Source: Cyanophora paradoxa CCMP329 (Eukaryota; Plantae; Glaucophyta). Taken from it: 64,000 nt of DNA. Location: the NCBI GenBank assembly GCA_004431415.1, contig QPMI01000444.1:1-64000 (forward strand), given 5' to 3'. A program made the translations under genes and the position numbers. The notes below the pieces were generated by a model. The model ran no database searches. It worked only from the letters and a program-made list of their open reading frames with translations, and was not told the origin of the DNA. This document shows positions 1 through 11,994 of the stretch, piece by piece (position 1 is the stretch's first letter; each line of letters starts with the position of its first letter).

Positions 1-3000
1 TGCGGCGCGTCGCCTCGTACCCGTCGCACCGCGGCATGCTGCAGTCTGCGCGCCGGCCGCTCAGAAGAGAAGAAGCAGCGGGGGCGGCGGGGGCGAGGGC
101 AGGGGCGGGCCCATCCAGAGGAGGTGGTAGGGGCGCGGGGCGGCGGCGAGGCGGGCGAGGGCCTCGAGGCCGTCCCCCGCCACGTCCACCGCGTGCCCCG
201 CCCGCTCCAGCAGCCGCCGCGCCACCGCCTGGTTCACTGCAGGGCGGCGCTGAGCGGAGCGCTGGGGGGTATGAGCAAGAGGGCGCATAAGCACCCGGGT
301 TGTCCTCCACGACGAGGAACCGGAGGGGGCGGTGCGGCGCCCGCGCGCGGGGCGGGGACGCGGCCGCCGGCTGTGCTGGGGCGGGCTCGGCGGGCCTTTG
401 GCCGGGTCCGGGACCGGGGCCCGGCGTCTGGAGGCGGCGGGCGAGCTCCGCGGCGACGGCGGCGCGGGAGACGGGCCGCCGGAGGCACGCGGCGGGGTCC
501 GGGCCCGGGCCGGCCGGCGGGGCGCGCCCGTCGCCCGGGAGGATGGCGACCAGCGGGGGGCCCGCCGCCTCCTGCGCCCCGCGTCACCCTCACTTCTCTG
601 CACCCGAGATCAAGCGCACGCACCCAGGCGGCGAGGGCGGCGGGGCGCCCCGGCAGGCGAGGTCGAGGAGGGCGCAGGGGACGCGGGCGCCCTCCCCCGC
701 GAGGCGCGCGGCGAGCGGCGCCAGCTCGCCGGCGGCCCCGCAGGGCGCGGCGCGCGCCCCCGCACCCTCCAGGAACCGCTCCAGGAGCGAGCGGAGAAAG
801 GGGCGGGCGAGGAGCGGCACGGCGACCGGGCCGGCGGTGTGCTCCGGCGGGTCCGGTTCAGGCGGCGCCGGGGGCACCCCCGCCTCGGAGCCCGGGGAGG
901 CCCCCGGGGGGTACTCCAGCGCCACGGTGAACGAGAAGACGGAGCCCTTGCCGAACTGCGACAAACATATGCATTGAATCGCGCTATATGTATTCGAATC
1001 GATAGTAAGAACATCATCCGGCACCTGGGAGCGGACGGAGATGGTGCCGGCGCCGTGCTCGGCGCTGCTCGCCGGCTCCCGCCCCGCGCAGCGCTCCACA
1101 ATCGTCTTCGAGATCGCCAGCTGCGGGCGCGAAGCTTAGACACGCTAAGGCCCGAGGCGCACGAAGAAGAAGAGAAGAGGGCGCGCCCCCAGGCCGGAGC
1201 CCTCCCAGCGGCGCGAGAACGAGCTGTCCACCTGCCCGCCCCAGCCGCCCCGCGTCAGAGGGCGCTCGACTCCTACAGTTGGCGCCAGCGGGGCGCCGGC
1301 GCCAGCGGGCCTGGGAGAAGCGCTGGAAGAGCTTGGGGAGGTCCTCCTGCTTGATCCCCACCCCGGAGTCCTCCACCTCCACCCGCACCACGCACTCCGC
1401 CCTGCGGCTGCCGTCGCCCGCCCGCGCCGCCCGGCCAGAGCGGAGCGGGGCGGACGGCGCGCACCCGACGCGGGCGACGAAGGTGACCGTGACGAGGATG
1501 CCGGGGGGATCCCCCTCCCCGCCGGCGCAGCCCGAGCTGAACTTGACCGCGTTCGAGAGCAGCTGGGGGTACAGCGTTGTCAGGGGGCGGGGGGCAGGGG
1601 GCGGGAGCCCGGGGGGTACGCGCACGTTGGAGAGGACCTGGGTGAGGCGGGTGGGGTCCCCCACGAGGCGCCGCGGGCAGCGGGGGTCCACGGCGGCGCC
1701 CACCTCCAGCCCCGCCCGGTGCGCCTGCGTTTACAGGGCGGGCGGATCGGATCGGACCAGATCAAATCGGATCGGATCAGGTGAGCGCGCGCCTGGGCGG
1801 AGGCGGCGGCGACGCAGGCGTCGACGAGGGCCTCGAGGTCGAGCTCGGCCGCCTCGAGCCTGACGGCCCCGGACTCGAGCACGGAGAGGTCCAGGAAATT
1901 GTTGATGATGCGCAGCAGGTGCTCCGCCGACTGGTGGACCGTCCGCGCCGCCTCCGCCTGCTGCTCCGTCAGCGGGCCCGAGTCCATCAGCAGCTCCGTC
2001 ATCCCTGCCGCGGCGGCGTCGGCGGCGGCGGCGGTCCGACGGTAAGCAGCGCAGGAGCGGCAGGCGCCGCGCCGCGGGCGTCGGCCGCACCGATGATGGC
2101 GCCGCAGGGTGTGCGCAGCTCGTGGCTCGTGTTCGCCAGCAGCGCGTCCTTCGCCGCGTCTGCCGTGCCGCCCCGCCGCTCGAATCAGAGCTCCAGACGC
2201 CGGGAGACCGAAGAATCAAAGGGGCGGACCGAGCATGGCGAGCTGGCGGTTCTGGGCCTCGAGCTCGCGGTTGTTGGCGGTGAGCTCCTCCCGCAGCGTC
2301 CCGTTCAGCAGTGCCACGGCGAGCTGCGCCCGGCCCGGCCCCGCCCCGCCCCGTCAGAGAGCTCTGCTTTCCTTTGCCTCGCTTTGCTTCCTCCAGATCT
2401 GGCGCGCCTGGAGGGCGAGGAGCTGGAGGAGGTCGACGCGGTCGGCGGTGAACACCCCGCCGCGCGCCGGTTCTCCAGGTACAGCACCCCCATCATCTCC
2501 ATCTGCGGCGCGCCATCATCAAAACTCTCAGAAAAAGCGAAAGGCGTGGGCGCGGCGGCGTATCTAAAAGCGACACGACCAAGGCCTGGGGCGGGGCGGG
2601 GCGTGGCAGGGTGCGGGCCTGGTAGACAACGGGGAGGGCGAGGACGGACTTTACGCCGGCCTGCCGCACGTGCCGGCAGCTCACGAAGTCCCCCTGCGGG
2701 GCTCGGTAAATAAGGCGAGGGGAAAGGAGGCGGGGCGGGCGGGGCGGGCGGCGCGGACGGCGGCGGCGGCGTTCGGGAGGCAGACGCGCTCGCCGGCGCG
2801 GAGGACGTAGTCCAGGACCGCGGGGGAGGCCCCCGCGTACTGCGCCCCGGCCCGGAATCACGAGGCGTGCTCCAAGCGAGACGGAGCGGGGCGGGCCTCC
2901 TCGAGGGGTACGTGGATGCAGCGGACGCGCGCCGAGGCGCCCTCCGACGGCGGCGGCGACGGTGAGGGCGAGGGCGAGGGCGGCGAGGGCGGCGGCGGCC

Positions 3001-6000
3001 CGCCCTCCTCCTCCACCTGCCTCCACGGGGCCCGATCAGGGGACGAAGGCGGAGAGGGGGGCGGGGCGGCCGCGCCTCGCCCTCGACGCGGACGCAGTAG
3101 CGGACGGCCGGCGAGTCGGGGGGGAGCCGCCCGGGGTCCCCCGGCCCGTGCCGGCACCGCTTGTTGCTCCGCAGCACCAGCGCCGCCGTCGTCGCCCCGG
3201 CTGCGGCGCGCGCGATGGAAGCTCGGACCGCGCCGAACGGGGGGGCGGGGCGGGGCGCGCCGTTCTCGATGGCGAGGAGGAGGAGGCGGGAGAGGAGCGC
3301 CTCGAGGTCCTCCTCGGCCGCCAGCGCCAGCGCCGTCCGCACGACGGTGAGCAGGTCCACCGACAGCGCCCCGCCGCCCCCGCCGCCCCGCGTCACAGCG
3401 AGCCCCGAGGCAGACGCAGACGCCGCCCCGGCCGCGCTGCTGCAGGGATGAGGGAGCGCGGGGGCTCCCGCGGGGGGGAAGAGGGAGAAGGACCCGGCGA
3501 CGGGCAGCGGGGAGATGGGCGACTTGCCGCTGCTCCCGCTGCCTCGGCCCCCGCCCGGCCGCGCCGGCGCCACCGGCAGCGCTGCTCGAGGGACGGGGCA
3601 TGCGCATCAGCGGCGGGCTCGAACGAGGCGGGAGGCGCGGGGGGGAGCGGTCACCAAAGAAGGAGGCAGGCCGCTCGCTGGCCTCGGAGGAGGCGGAGCC
3701 CGAGCCGGAGGCGGACGAGGCGGCGGCGGCCGCCGCGGTGGCCCGCGGGGAGCGGCCGGCGCGGCGCCGCGCAAGCATGCGTGCCGCTGGAGCATGAGCG
3801 CGACCTGGCGGGCTCGTCAGCTTCCTGTTTCTTTCTCCATTCTTCTTTGGGCGCGGGCCTTGGTGCGGGCGCCCCAGGCGGCGTAGTCGGCGAGGGCCTC
3901 GCGGAGGTAGGCCCGCGAGGCGGCGGCGGCGCCGGCGCGCTCGCAGAGGGCCGCCGCCGCCTCGTGCGCCAGTCCCGCAACATTCGGCGCGGAGACCTGC
4001 CCCCGAGCCCTGAGAGGAAGCGGGGCGGGGTAGCCGCTGGGCGGGGGCTGGGCGGGCCTCGCGCGCGGCGGCGCCGGCAGCCTCGTAGAGGGGCAGCGAG
4101 GCGAGGGCGGCCGCCGGCGTGGGCGCCAGCAGCCGGCCCAGCTCGGCCTGCGGGGCGCCGGGGCCCTCGGCGCGGGACACGGGGAGCGGGGGTACAGGAC
4201 GGACCTCGAGGAAGAGCGAGCGGCAGGTGTAGATGCGGTTGTGGCTGGCCAGGACCTGCCCGGGGCTCGCGGGGGGTACGGGGAGCGCCTCGGGGGAGGG
4301 GCGCGGACGCGGAGGTGGTCGACGGAGGCGCGCCCGATGGCGGCGGCGGCGGCGCGCTCCTCCTCCGTGAGGGCGGCGCCTCCCCCCTCCCCGCCCCCGT
4401 CCCCGGCGTCCCCCGCTGCGCCAGCTTAAAAAAGAGGAGGTGGAGGGGGGTGGGGGGCGGGGCGGACGCCAGAAGCCGAGGCGGGCGGTGAGCTCGTAGA
4501 GGCCCTCGAACCACGCGAACTCGATCCCGAAGATCATCCCCTGCCCGCCCCCGGCGCGGTGAGAGGGAAGAAGGAAATCGCAGAGTTTGGCGGGAGGGCG
4601 AACGGCGTTGTAGGGGACGACGGCGGCGAAGGCGGGGAAGGCGGCGGCGGCCTCGCGGAAGCGGCCGAGGGCCAGCAGCGTCACGAAGCGGAACGAGAAG
4701 TACGTCGCCTGCCGCCGCGGTCAGCCGGAGGAGGGGCCAGAGGCGGGCGGAGGGCGGGCCCGCATGTAGTAGCCGCGCTGGGCCGCCTCAGGTCCCATGT
4801 CGGCCGCCGCCAGCAGCGCCTCCGCGTCCTCCCCGGGCCCCTCCCCGCCCTGCGCGGGGAGAGGGTCAAGGGCGCGAAGCCCGGGGACCCGGGGAGACTA
4901 GGAGGGGCGCGCGTGTACCAGGAGCACGCTGTAGTGGCGCGAGGCGGCGACCACCGACTGCGGGGCGGGTCGTCGCCCGAGGGCGGGAGGGGGGAGGCGG
5001 GGGAAGGGGGTACGGGGCGGGACCTGCTCGAGCTCGTGGTTGACGCACTTGCGCACGAAGGCCTCGTGGCGGGCCGCTGCGGGGGCCCCGGGGGGTCGGG
5101 CCGGAAGGGGCGCGCTGGGAGCCGGGGGATCGCGCACCGAAGGCCGCGTTCTCGGCGAGGGGCTTCCCGTGGAAGAAGGAGACCCAGTGGTACTGCGGCC
5201 CCCGGCGGGCCCCTCGGCGAGGCGCGGGGGGCGGGGACGGGATCGGGGCCCGGGGGCACCTGGTTGAGGACGTAGAGGGCGTTGTTGAAGTCGCCGACGG
5301 CCGCCGATGCCGTGAACCCCGTCGCCAGCGCCGGCAGCTTCTCGCACCTGCGCCCGCGTCAGACCTCGCCCGGCGCTCGGTGCGCCGGGGGCCGGGCGCG
5401 AGCGCGCCAGGTCTCGCCCATGGGGAAGGGGGCGAAGAGGAAGACGGCGGTGCGGCCCCTGCGCACGCTTAGGCGCTAAGACGCGGGGGCCACAGGGGGG
5501 AAGGAGGTGGAGGGCGGGCGCCTGCAGAAGTCGGAGACGCCGTCGCGGGCGGAGAGGGCCGCGGCGGCCCGCACGAAGGACTCGCCCTCCTCGTACAGGT
5601 ACTGGAAGCCCTGCGGCCGCGGGGTCGCGGAGATGATCGCGCGCGGGCCCCGTGCAGGCAGCGGCGAGCGCGCTAAACAAGAGGGAACAGCGGGGAGCTT
5701 GCTGTGTGCATTCCTATCCTCGAGCGCGATTGTGCGAAACAGGCCGCGGTATGGGCTCCCTCTATCTTCCAAGGGGGCGCACGGAGAGGGAGAAGCCGTG
5801 GATGGCGAGCCAGGGGGCGGCGGCGTCCCCGCCCCGCCCGCTCTCCACGCACAGCCGCGCCACGGCCGCCACCAGCACCTGGTAGAGCTCGAACCTGAGG
5901 AAATTAGAGCAGATTGAGAATGCTGAAGCGCGGAAGGGCGGAGAAAGGGGGCCGGAGGCGGGCCTGGCGAGGAGGTAGAGGACGGGGACGACCTCGACGG

Positions 6001-7705
6001 CGTTCGTGAGGAGGCGGTGCAGGTCCCCGTCCACTTCGGCGGCCCCCTGCAGGCGCGCACGCGAGCTTAAGTCGGCGGCGGCAGGGGAGGACGGAAGGGG
6101 CGGGGCGGACGAGGGGCAGGCCGGCAAGGTCGGGCACGGCGAGGCCCCGCGCCCGCAGCGCCCCCCGCACCCCCTCGTGCGCCTGCGGCGAGCCGTGAGT
6201 GAGAGAGGCGGGCCCGCGATGTGGAGGCGCCCGGTGCCGCACCGCGGCGATCTCGTCGGGGGTCGGGTGCCCCTCCGCGCTCAGGTACACGCCGTACTCC
6301 CCCAGCATCTGGAGGGGCGTAAGAGGGGGAGAAGGGACCGAAGCTGCGCGGTGTCGCCCGCGGCACCTGGAGCCCGCAGCGCATGGAGGCCTCGAACCTG
6401 AGAAGGAGGCCGTCAGAGGGCGGTCATCAAATATTGAGGGGAGAGGGGGAAGGCGCGCTGGTTGGAGGCGGAGAGGATGTTGAGGCGGAGCCGCGCCGCG
6501 TCGAGCCGCTCCCGCCGCGTCCCGGCGCGCGTCTGCACGCTTCAGCTTCAGAGGAGGGGCGGGGAGGAGGAGGAGGGGCGAGGGCGGGGGCGCGCCTCGG
6601 CGGCGGCCAGGTGGCGGAGGGCGGCGGGGACGTCCCCGCACTGGTACTCCGCCTCCACCAGCCTGCCGGCCCCGGCCGGTCAGGTCTTTCCAATGGGATT
6701 AGCGTTCCCGCCCGCTCGGACCGCAGGAGCAGGGAGAGGGCGAGGGGCCGGGAGGCGGGGTCTCCCAGAGCGTCGTCCAGGCACGCCGCCTCCGGCAGCG
6801 GGTCACCATCCTCGGGCTCGGGCTTAGCTCCCGGACGCGGGGCCCGCAGCGCCCGCACGCCGGCCGCGAAGAACGCCCGCGCCGCCTGCGCGCGCCCCGC
6901 CCCGCCGCAGCCTCAGCCGGGCTCCTTTCCCTGGGACGTAAATCAAATAAAAGGCGGGCCTCGTAGGCGGTGGAGTCGGCGGCGGTGGCCCCCGCGCGGG
7001 CGTTGAGCTCCGCCAGGCGCCGCCGCTCGGCCGGGTCCGACACGAGCCGCTCGCCCCGGTTGTAGTGCGCCGCCAGCTCCTGCCCGGCAAAGCTTAGAAG
7101 AGGGGGAGGAAGAGCGGGGGGGAGAGGGACCTGGACGTCGACGTCGGCGGGCCCGGGCTCGGAGTCGGCCTCGGCGTCGGGGTCGGGCGCCCAGTCCGCG
7201 CCCTCGGGGCCGGGGGACGCCGGCGGCGGCGAGGGCCGCGCCTCGCCCTCGCCGCCGCCCCCGCGGGCCGCGAGGAGCCGCCGCCCGATCTGCAGGTGCA
7301 GCGCCGGCAGCTCCTCGGGGGGTACGAGGCCTGAGAGGGTTGAGAACGAAGCGAAGCCGAGGGTGCCGGGGGGTACGGGGCGCACAGGAGCAGGCCTGCT
7401 GGACGCGGTCGTGGACGAAGCGGTGCACGCCGCCCGAGGGCGAGGCGGCGTCGACAAGGCGGGAGCGGCGGGCGGCGGCGAGCGCGGCGCGGACGGCCGT
7501 CATCGGCAGGCCGGCCGCCGCCGCCAGCAGCCGCGCCCCGAAGGTGTTGCCCAGGAGGGCCGCCACCTGCACAAGGCCCGGGCGTCGGGTCTAGGGGCCG
7601 GGGCGGAGGACTCGGACGAGGGGACGGGCGCGGGCCTTGAGGGCGCGCTGGGTGCCCGGGTCGAGGTGCCCGATGAAGCCCACGAGCATGTCCACCACCT
7701 GAGGG

Positions 7706-7737
<32 letters not shown>

Positions 7738-10527
7738 CGTGGGCGCGGCGGCGCTCGGGCCCGCGCGCGGGCGGGGCGGGCGGGGCGGGGGCGGCACGTT
7801 GTCGGTGTAGCCCTCGCGCTCGATCTCGGCGACGTCCCAGCGCCACGCCCCCGCCTCCACGTCCGCCCGGATCTAATCCGGCCCCGCGTGGGCCGCCGCC
7901 GGCCCCGCCCCGAAGGACCCGACACAACGAAAGCGGACCTTGCGCTCCGAGTGGAGTGTGGCGAGGAACGAGCGGATGAAGACTGCGCGCGGGCGCCGGC
8001 TCGGGGGGAGGGCGGGTTCGAGGGGGGCGGGGCGGGGCGGGCGGGGGCGCACAGGGGTTCCCCCCCGTCTTGGCGTGCACGAGGCGGGCGAGGGGCGCCG
8101 CCGCCTCCGGCGGGCACCGCAGCGCGCTCGCCAGCAGCGCGTTCGCGTCGCCCTCGCCCAGCGGGCCCACCTCCAGCTCCTGCCGCCAGCTCGAAACTGA
8201 AGAGTGGCTGGGCGGGCGGGGCCGGGCCCGACCTCGACGTGGACGCCGCTCTCGCGGATCTCGCGCATCGCGTGCGCCACGGGGTGCCCCGCCGGCACCT
8301 GCCCCCGCCCCGCCCCGCCCCGCATCACCACTCTGCCCGATCCGCGCGCGCCGCCTGGCTGCACTGGCCAGGGCCTGACGGGGCAAGGAGGGGGGTACCT
8401 CGTTGGAGCGGAAGGCGAGGACGAGGAGGCAGCCGACGGCCGGGGAGGCCAGAAGGTCCCGGATCTGCGGCGGCGGGGCGGGGCTCAGAGACGAGGGGCG
8501 GCGCAGAAGGGGCGCGGGCGGCGCGCCAGCTTGAGGGAGGCGGGGTCCGCCCACTGGACGTCGCTGCGGGCGGGAGGGGTCGGGCGCCGGCGGCGGGGCG
8601 GGGCGGGGCGGGGCGGACTCGAGGAAGAGGACGAGGGGCCGGAGGGCGGCGAGCAGGGCGCAGAAGGCCGTCGAGAGCCGCAGCGCCGCCTCCGCCGGCG
8701 GCAGCGGCACCGCCGGCCCCAGCGGCGCCCCGGGGAACAAATGCTGCGCGGGCGCGAAGCTCGAACCTGGAGTCCAGGCCGCAAAGGAGCCGGCGGGGCT
8801 CGAACCCGGGTCTCGGGGATGAAGTCGACGAGGGCGGGGGCGCTGTCGCCGAGGGCCGGCACCGCGCGCGCCCGCGCCGCCGCCAGCCGCTCCCCGTCGG
8901 CAAGCAGCTGAGAGGGGCGCCAGTCAGAGGCGAGCGAGGCTCGGATCGGGCCGAGGCCGGCGGGGCGCGCCGAGCGGACGTGTCCGGCGACGGCAACGAC
9001 GAGGGCGCTGTAGGGCCGCGCGCAGGCCCCCGCGTCGTACTTGCCCCGCAGCAGCCCCGGCGCCCGCTCCGCCGCCCGCTCGGCGAGCTCCTCGACGAAG
9101 CCCGCGACGAGGCGCGTCTTCCCCGCGCCGCTGGGCCCCCCGACGAAGGCGGCGGCGCGGCCGGCGCGCTCCGCCGCCGTGTGCGCGTCGGCGAGGCGCC
9201 GGAGCAGCTCCTCCCGCCCGAAAAGCCTCCCGCCCAAAATAAGCACACGGCGAAGCAAAGCAGAGGAAAGGAGAGGGAGCAAGCGAGGAGGGCACCGGTC
9301 GGGGAGCTGGAGGGCGCTGGAGAAGTCGTGCCGCCCGAGCTCGAAGCCCGGGCCGGCGGGGGGCGCCTCCCCGGCCCCGGCCCCGGCCCGGGCCCCGCGC
9401 AGCACCTCCAGGCAGCGTCGCAGGTCCTCCCGCACCCCTGCGCGCTTTCAGTTCCACCGCGCCGCCTGTTTCCGAGGGCGGGGCGGGGAGGAGCGGGGCG
9501 GACCGTGGGCGCTCTGGTAGCGCTGCTCGGGATCCTTCTCCATGAGCTGCGCGCCGCGGCGGGCTTCAGAAGAGGAGCAGGGGCGGGGTCCGAGGGAGGG
9601 GCGGGGGCGACCGCGCCTTCGCCACGATGCGGCAGAGGGCCTCCGGCGCCTCCGGCCTGCGGCGGGGGAGGGAAAGGTGAGGGGGGAAGCAGGGAGAGAT
9701 GTCGGGGCGGGGGCGGCTCGCCGGAGGGAGGCGGCGGGCGGGGCGGCCCGCGCGATGTGCCCGTGGATCACGGACATGGCGTCGCCCCTGCCGCCCGGCG
9801 CGCTCGGCAGGGGCGGTCGGGCTGGGCCCCGCGAGGCGGGCGCCGGCGCACGTGAACGGCAGGCGGCCCGTCAGGCAGTGGTACAGTGTGACTCCTGCAC
9901 CGCGACCGTCGGCGAGGGGGTACAGGAAAAGAGCTACAGGAAGGGGATACCGAAGCTGTAAAGGTCCGAGCGGTGGTCCACAATGCCGTGGACGCGCTTC
10001 GTCTGAGGGGTGGGGGAGGCGTCAAGAGGGTACAAGCGCTGCCGTGAGGGGTACACACCTGCTCGGGAGCCATAAAGGCCAAGGAGCCCTCTGCGACGAT
10101 CGGGTACAGGTCGTCCGGGCGGTAAGGGGAAGCAGGGCCAGAAGGGGTACCCATCTCGGCCTGAATGTATGTGTCCTGAGCGCGCTTCCAAGTCAGACGG
10201 CTTCCACTCGAGAAAGAGGTTCATCGGGCGGGGTCGGGCGGGGGAGGGGGGTGAGGGGGGGTGAGGGGGGGGGGTAAGGAGGGGGGGCGAGGGGTACCTG
10301 CACGAATCCCGCGAGCCCGAAATCCGCCAACCTGACCTCGTCCCCCGACGCGCTCACGATAACCTGGAGGGGGGTACGGCGTTCGGGGGAGGGGCGGGAG
10401 AGTATGTGCCGAGCACGGGCTGGGCGCCCAACGCACGTTCCTGGCGCGAGGGCGTCAGGGCTGGGGCCAGGGTCGGACCGGGGCGGGAGGAACGCTCACC
10501 CTGACGTCACGTCCCTATGCACAATCT

Positions 10528-10559
<32 letters not shown>

Positions 10560-11447
10560 AGGTGGGGATGTTGCGGCCCGGCAGCCGCCCCAGGAACGCA
10601 GGCGCACCTCGCGGGCGTGAACGGAAGCGAGCGCGGACGCCACACAGACTGCAACGGGGAGGAGTCGCTCCAGAGGTACCGGACCCTCCTCCGCAACGAT
10701 CCTGTACCCGGGCAGCACGGTTACCGCGGATCCGGGGGTAGAAGGGCGGGGCGCACCGGTCCAGGGAGCGCCCGTCGATATCCTTCGGAGGCGGCGAGGG
10801 ATCAGATCGAATCAGCTCAGATCAGATCAGATCGGGGTACAGGGCACCTCGAGGACGATCGCGGCGGACTGCGGCGTCTCGACCAGCTCGTGCGCTGCGA
10901 GGCGCGCGGCGCCGGTCAGCTGGCTCTGAAACGAAGCGGCCTGGCGCGCGCGTTCTCGGTGCTCACCTCGAAGCACGTGCGGGCACGCGACCGCCGACTG
11001 CGCATGCGGCACGCGCGCGGAAAGAAGCAGTCGTCACGTCAGCGGCGCGGGTGGGCGCAGAGGCGGGGCTGGGTGCCAGAAAGCGTATCCCGGGCGCGCC
11101 ATCACTCTGAACTCGCGCCGCAGCTTCTCGAGGGACTTGGCGTCCGGCGGCTCCCCCGCGAGTTTCTTCAGCACGACCCGCGCCCCTGCGCACGCGCCCC
11201 GCGCGCGACCGTCAGGCGCGCTCTCCCGCGAGCATCGAGGCTCGCGGCGCTCATGATCACCGTCGCGCTGGCGGACGGCCCGAACCAGCGCCCGCGTCCG
11301 CCGGACGCAGAGCGCCTCCGCCTCGACGACATAGCCTGCCAGATCGTATCAGATGCGAGAGGAGTGCTCGAAGAAGAAGAGACGTGAGTCAGGCGAACCT
11401 GGGAAAGGTTGCGCGTGCGCGGCGCTTATGTGCAGCTCCAGGGCCAT
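1..11447 (-). CDS. Multi-exon hybrid Ser/Thr kinase + AAA/P-loop ATPase + GAF + histidine kinase + receiver protein (HstK-like / fungal group X HK-like); 3' end lies beyond the window
   Basis: Spliced translation from ATG 11447: MALELHISAAHAQPFPGYVVEAEAL..RVVLKKL; kinase motifs HRDVTSGN, DFG, EGSLAFMAPEQ, DHRSDLYSFG, EKDPEQRYQSA (about 11447-9400); Walker A GGPSGAGKT (about 9115-9150); LVLFLEDVQWAD; KTGGNP; RFVHDRVQQA; GAF-like SVLALPVVYQ/GVLYLEN (about 3350-2400); H-box ANTSHELRTP (about 2110-2135); HATPase_c GDPTRLTQVLSNLLSNAVKF, VEDSGVGI, GSGLGL, GKGSVFSF; receiver FLVVEDNPVNQAVARRLL..LLWMDCSMPRCDGYEATRR at the edge. Confidence 0.92.
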
Positions 11448-11994
11448 TGCGGCTCCGATAGGTCGCGGCACCGGCACCAGGATGCGTACGGGGCGTACGG
11501 GGCGTCGAACTAGTTACCTACTGCAGCCAAATGCTACAGCGAGCTTCGCGCGCCGCCACCAGCGCGCCCGGCGGTGTCAAGCTGATCCGCTTGAAACATG
11601 CAGGCCTTCGTCTAGAGTCTGGCTTGGTGTGCTAGATGCAGCTGCGAGAGAACAGCGGGACGTGCGGGAGTCGGACGTGGATTGACGAAAAAACTCGGCA
11701 AGCGGGGTACCGACACGTGAGCAAGCCGGAGCTTGTGTAGCCTAAAGCAGCCTTCCGGCCAGGCAATCGCTGGCAATAGCTGCGTATTTCCTCTACCCCG
11801 CCCGGCCCGTTTCACGGCGCTGGATCGATTCTCGGGCAGCCGCCGGCTGGAGCCGCCGTATGGATAGGAACGAGCCAGAACCACGAGACAGCAGGCCCCG
11901 ATTTCAGCTCTTCAAGCCGAGAGTCCGTGTCCGCTGCCTAACACGTACGGGCACATATGCATGCACATCAGCGCTAGCTAGCTATGCAGCGGCC

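Noticed and set aside
2440-2470. Apparent frameshift in the GAF region (GVLYLENRRAAG / VFTADRVDLL), plus those near 30000, 30120 and 30400 in the RING gene
   Set aside because: Single-base differences in or near G/C homopolymers within otherwise intact genes; more likely assembly errors than pseudogenisation or programmed frameshifting (needs read check)
36-9855. Long Arg/Gly/Pro/Ala-rich ORFs in the ORF track (e.g. 7363..9855 +, 2858..4684 -, 35009..37222 +, 52396..54156 -)
   Set aside because: Stop-poor frames caused by extreme GC content and read-through of introns; the real motifs lie in short exons in changing frames
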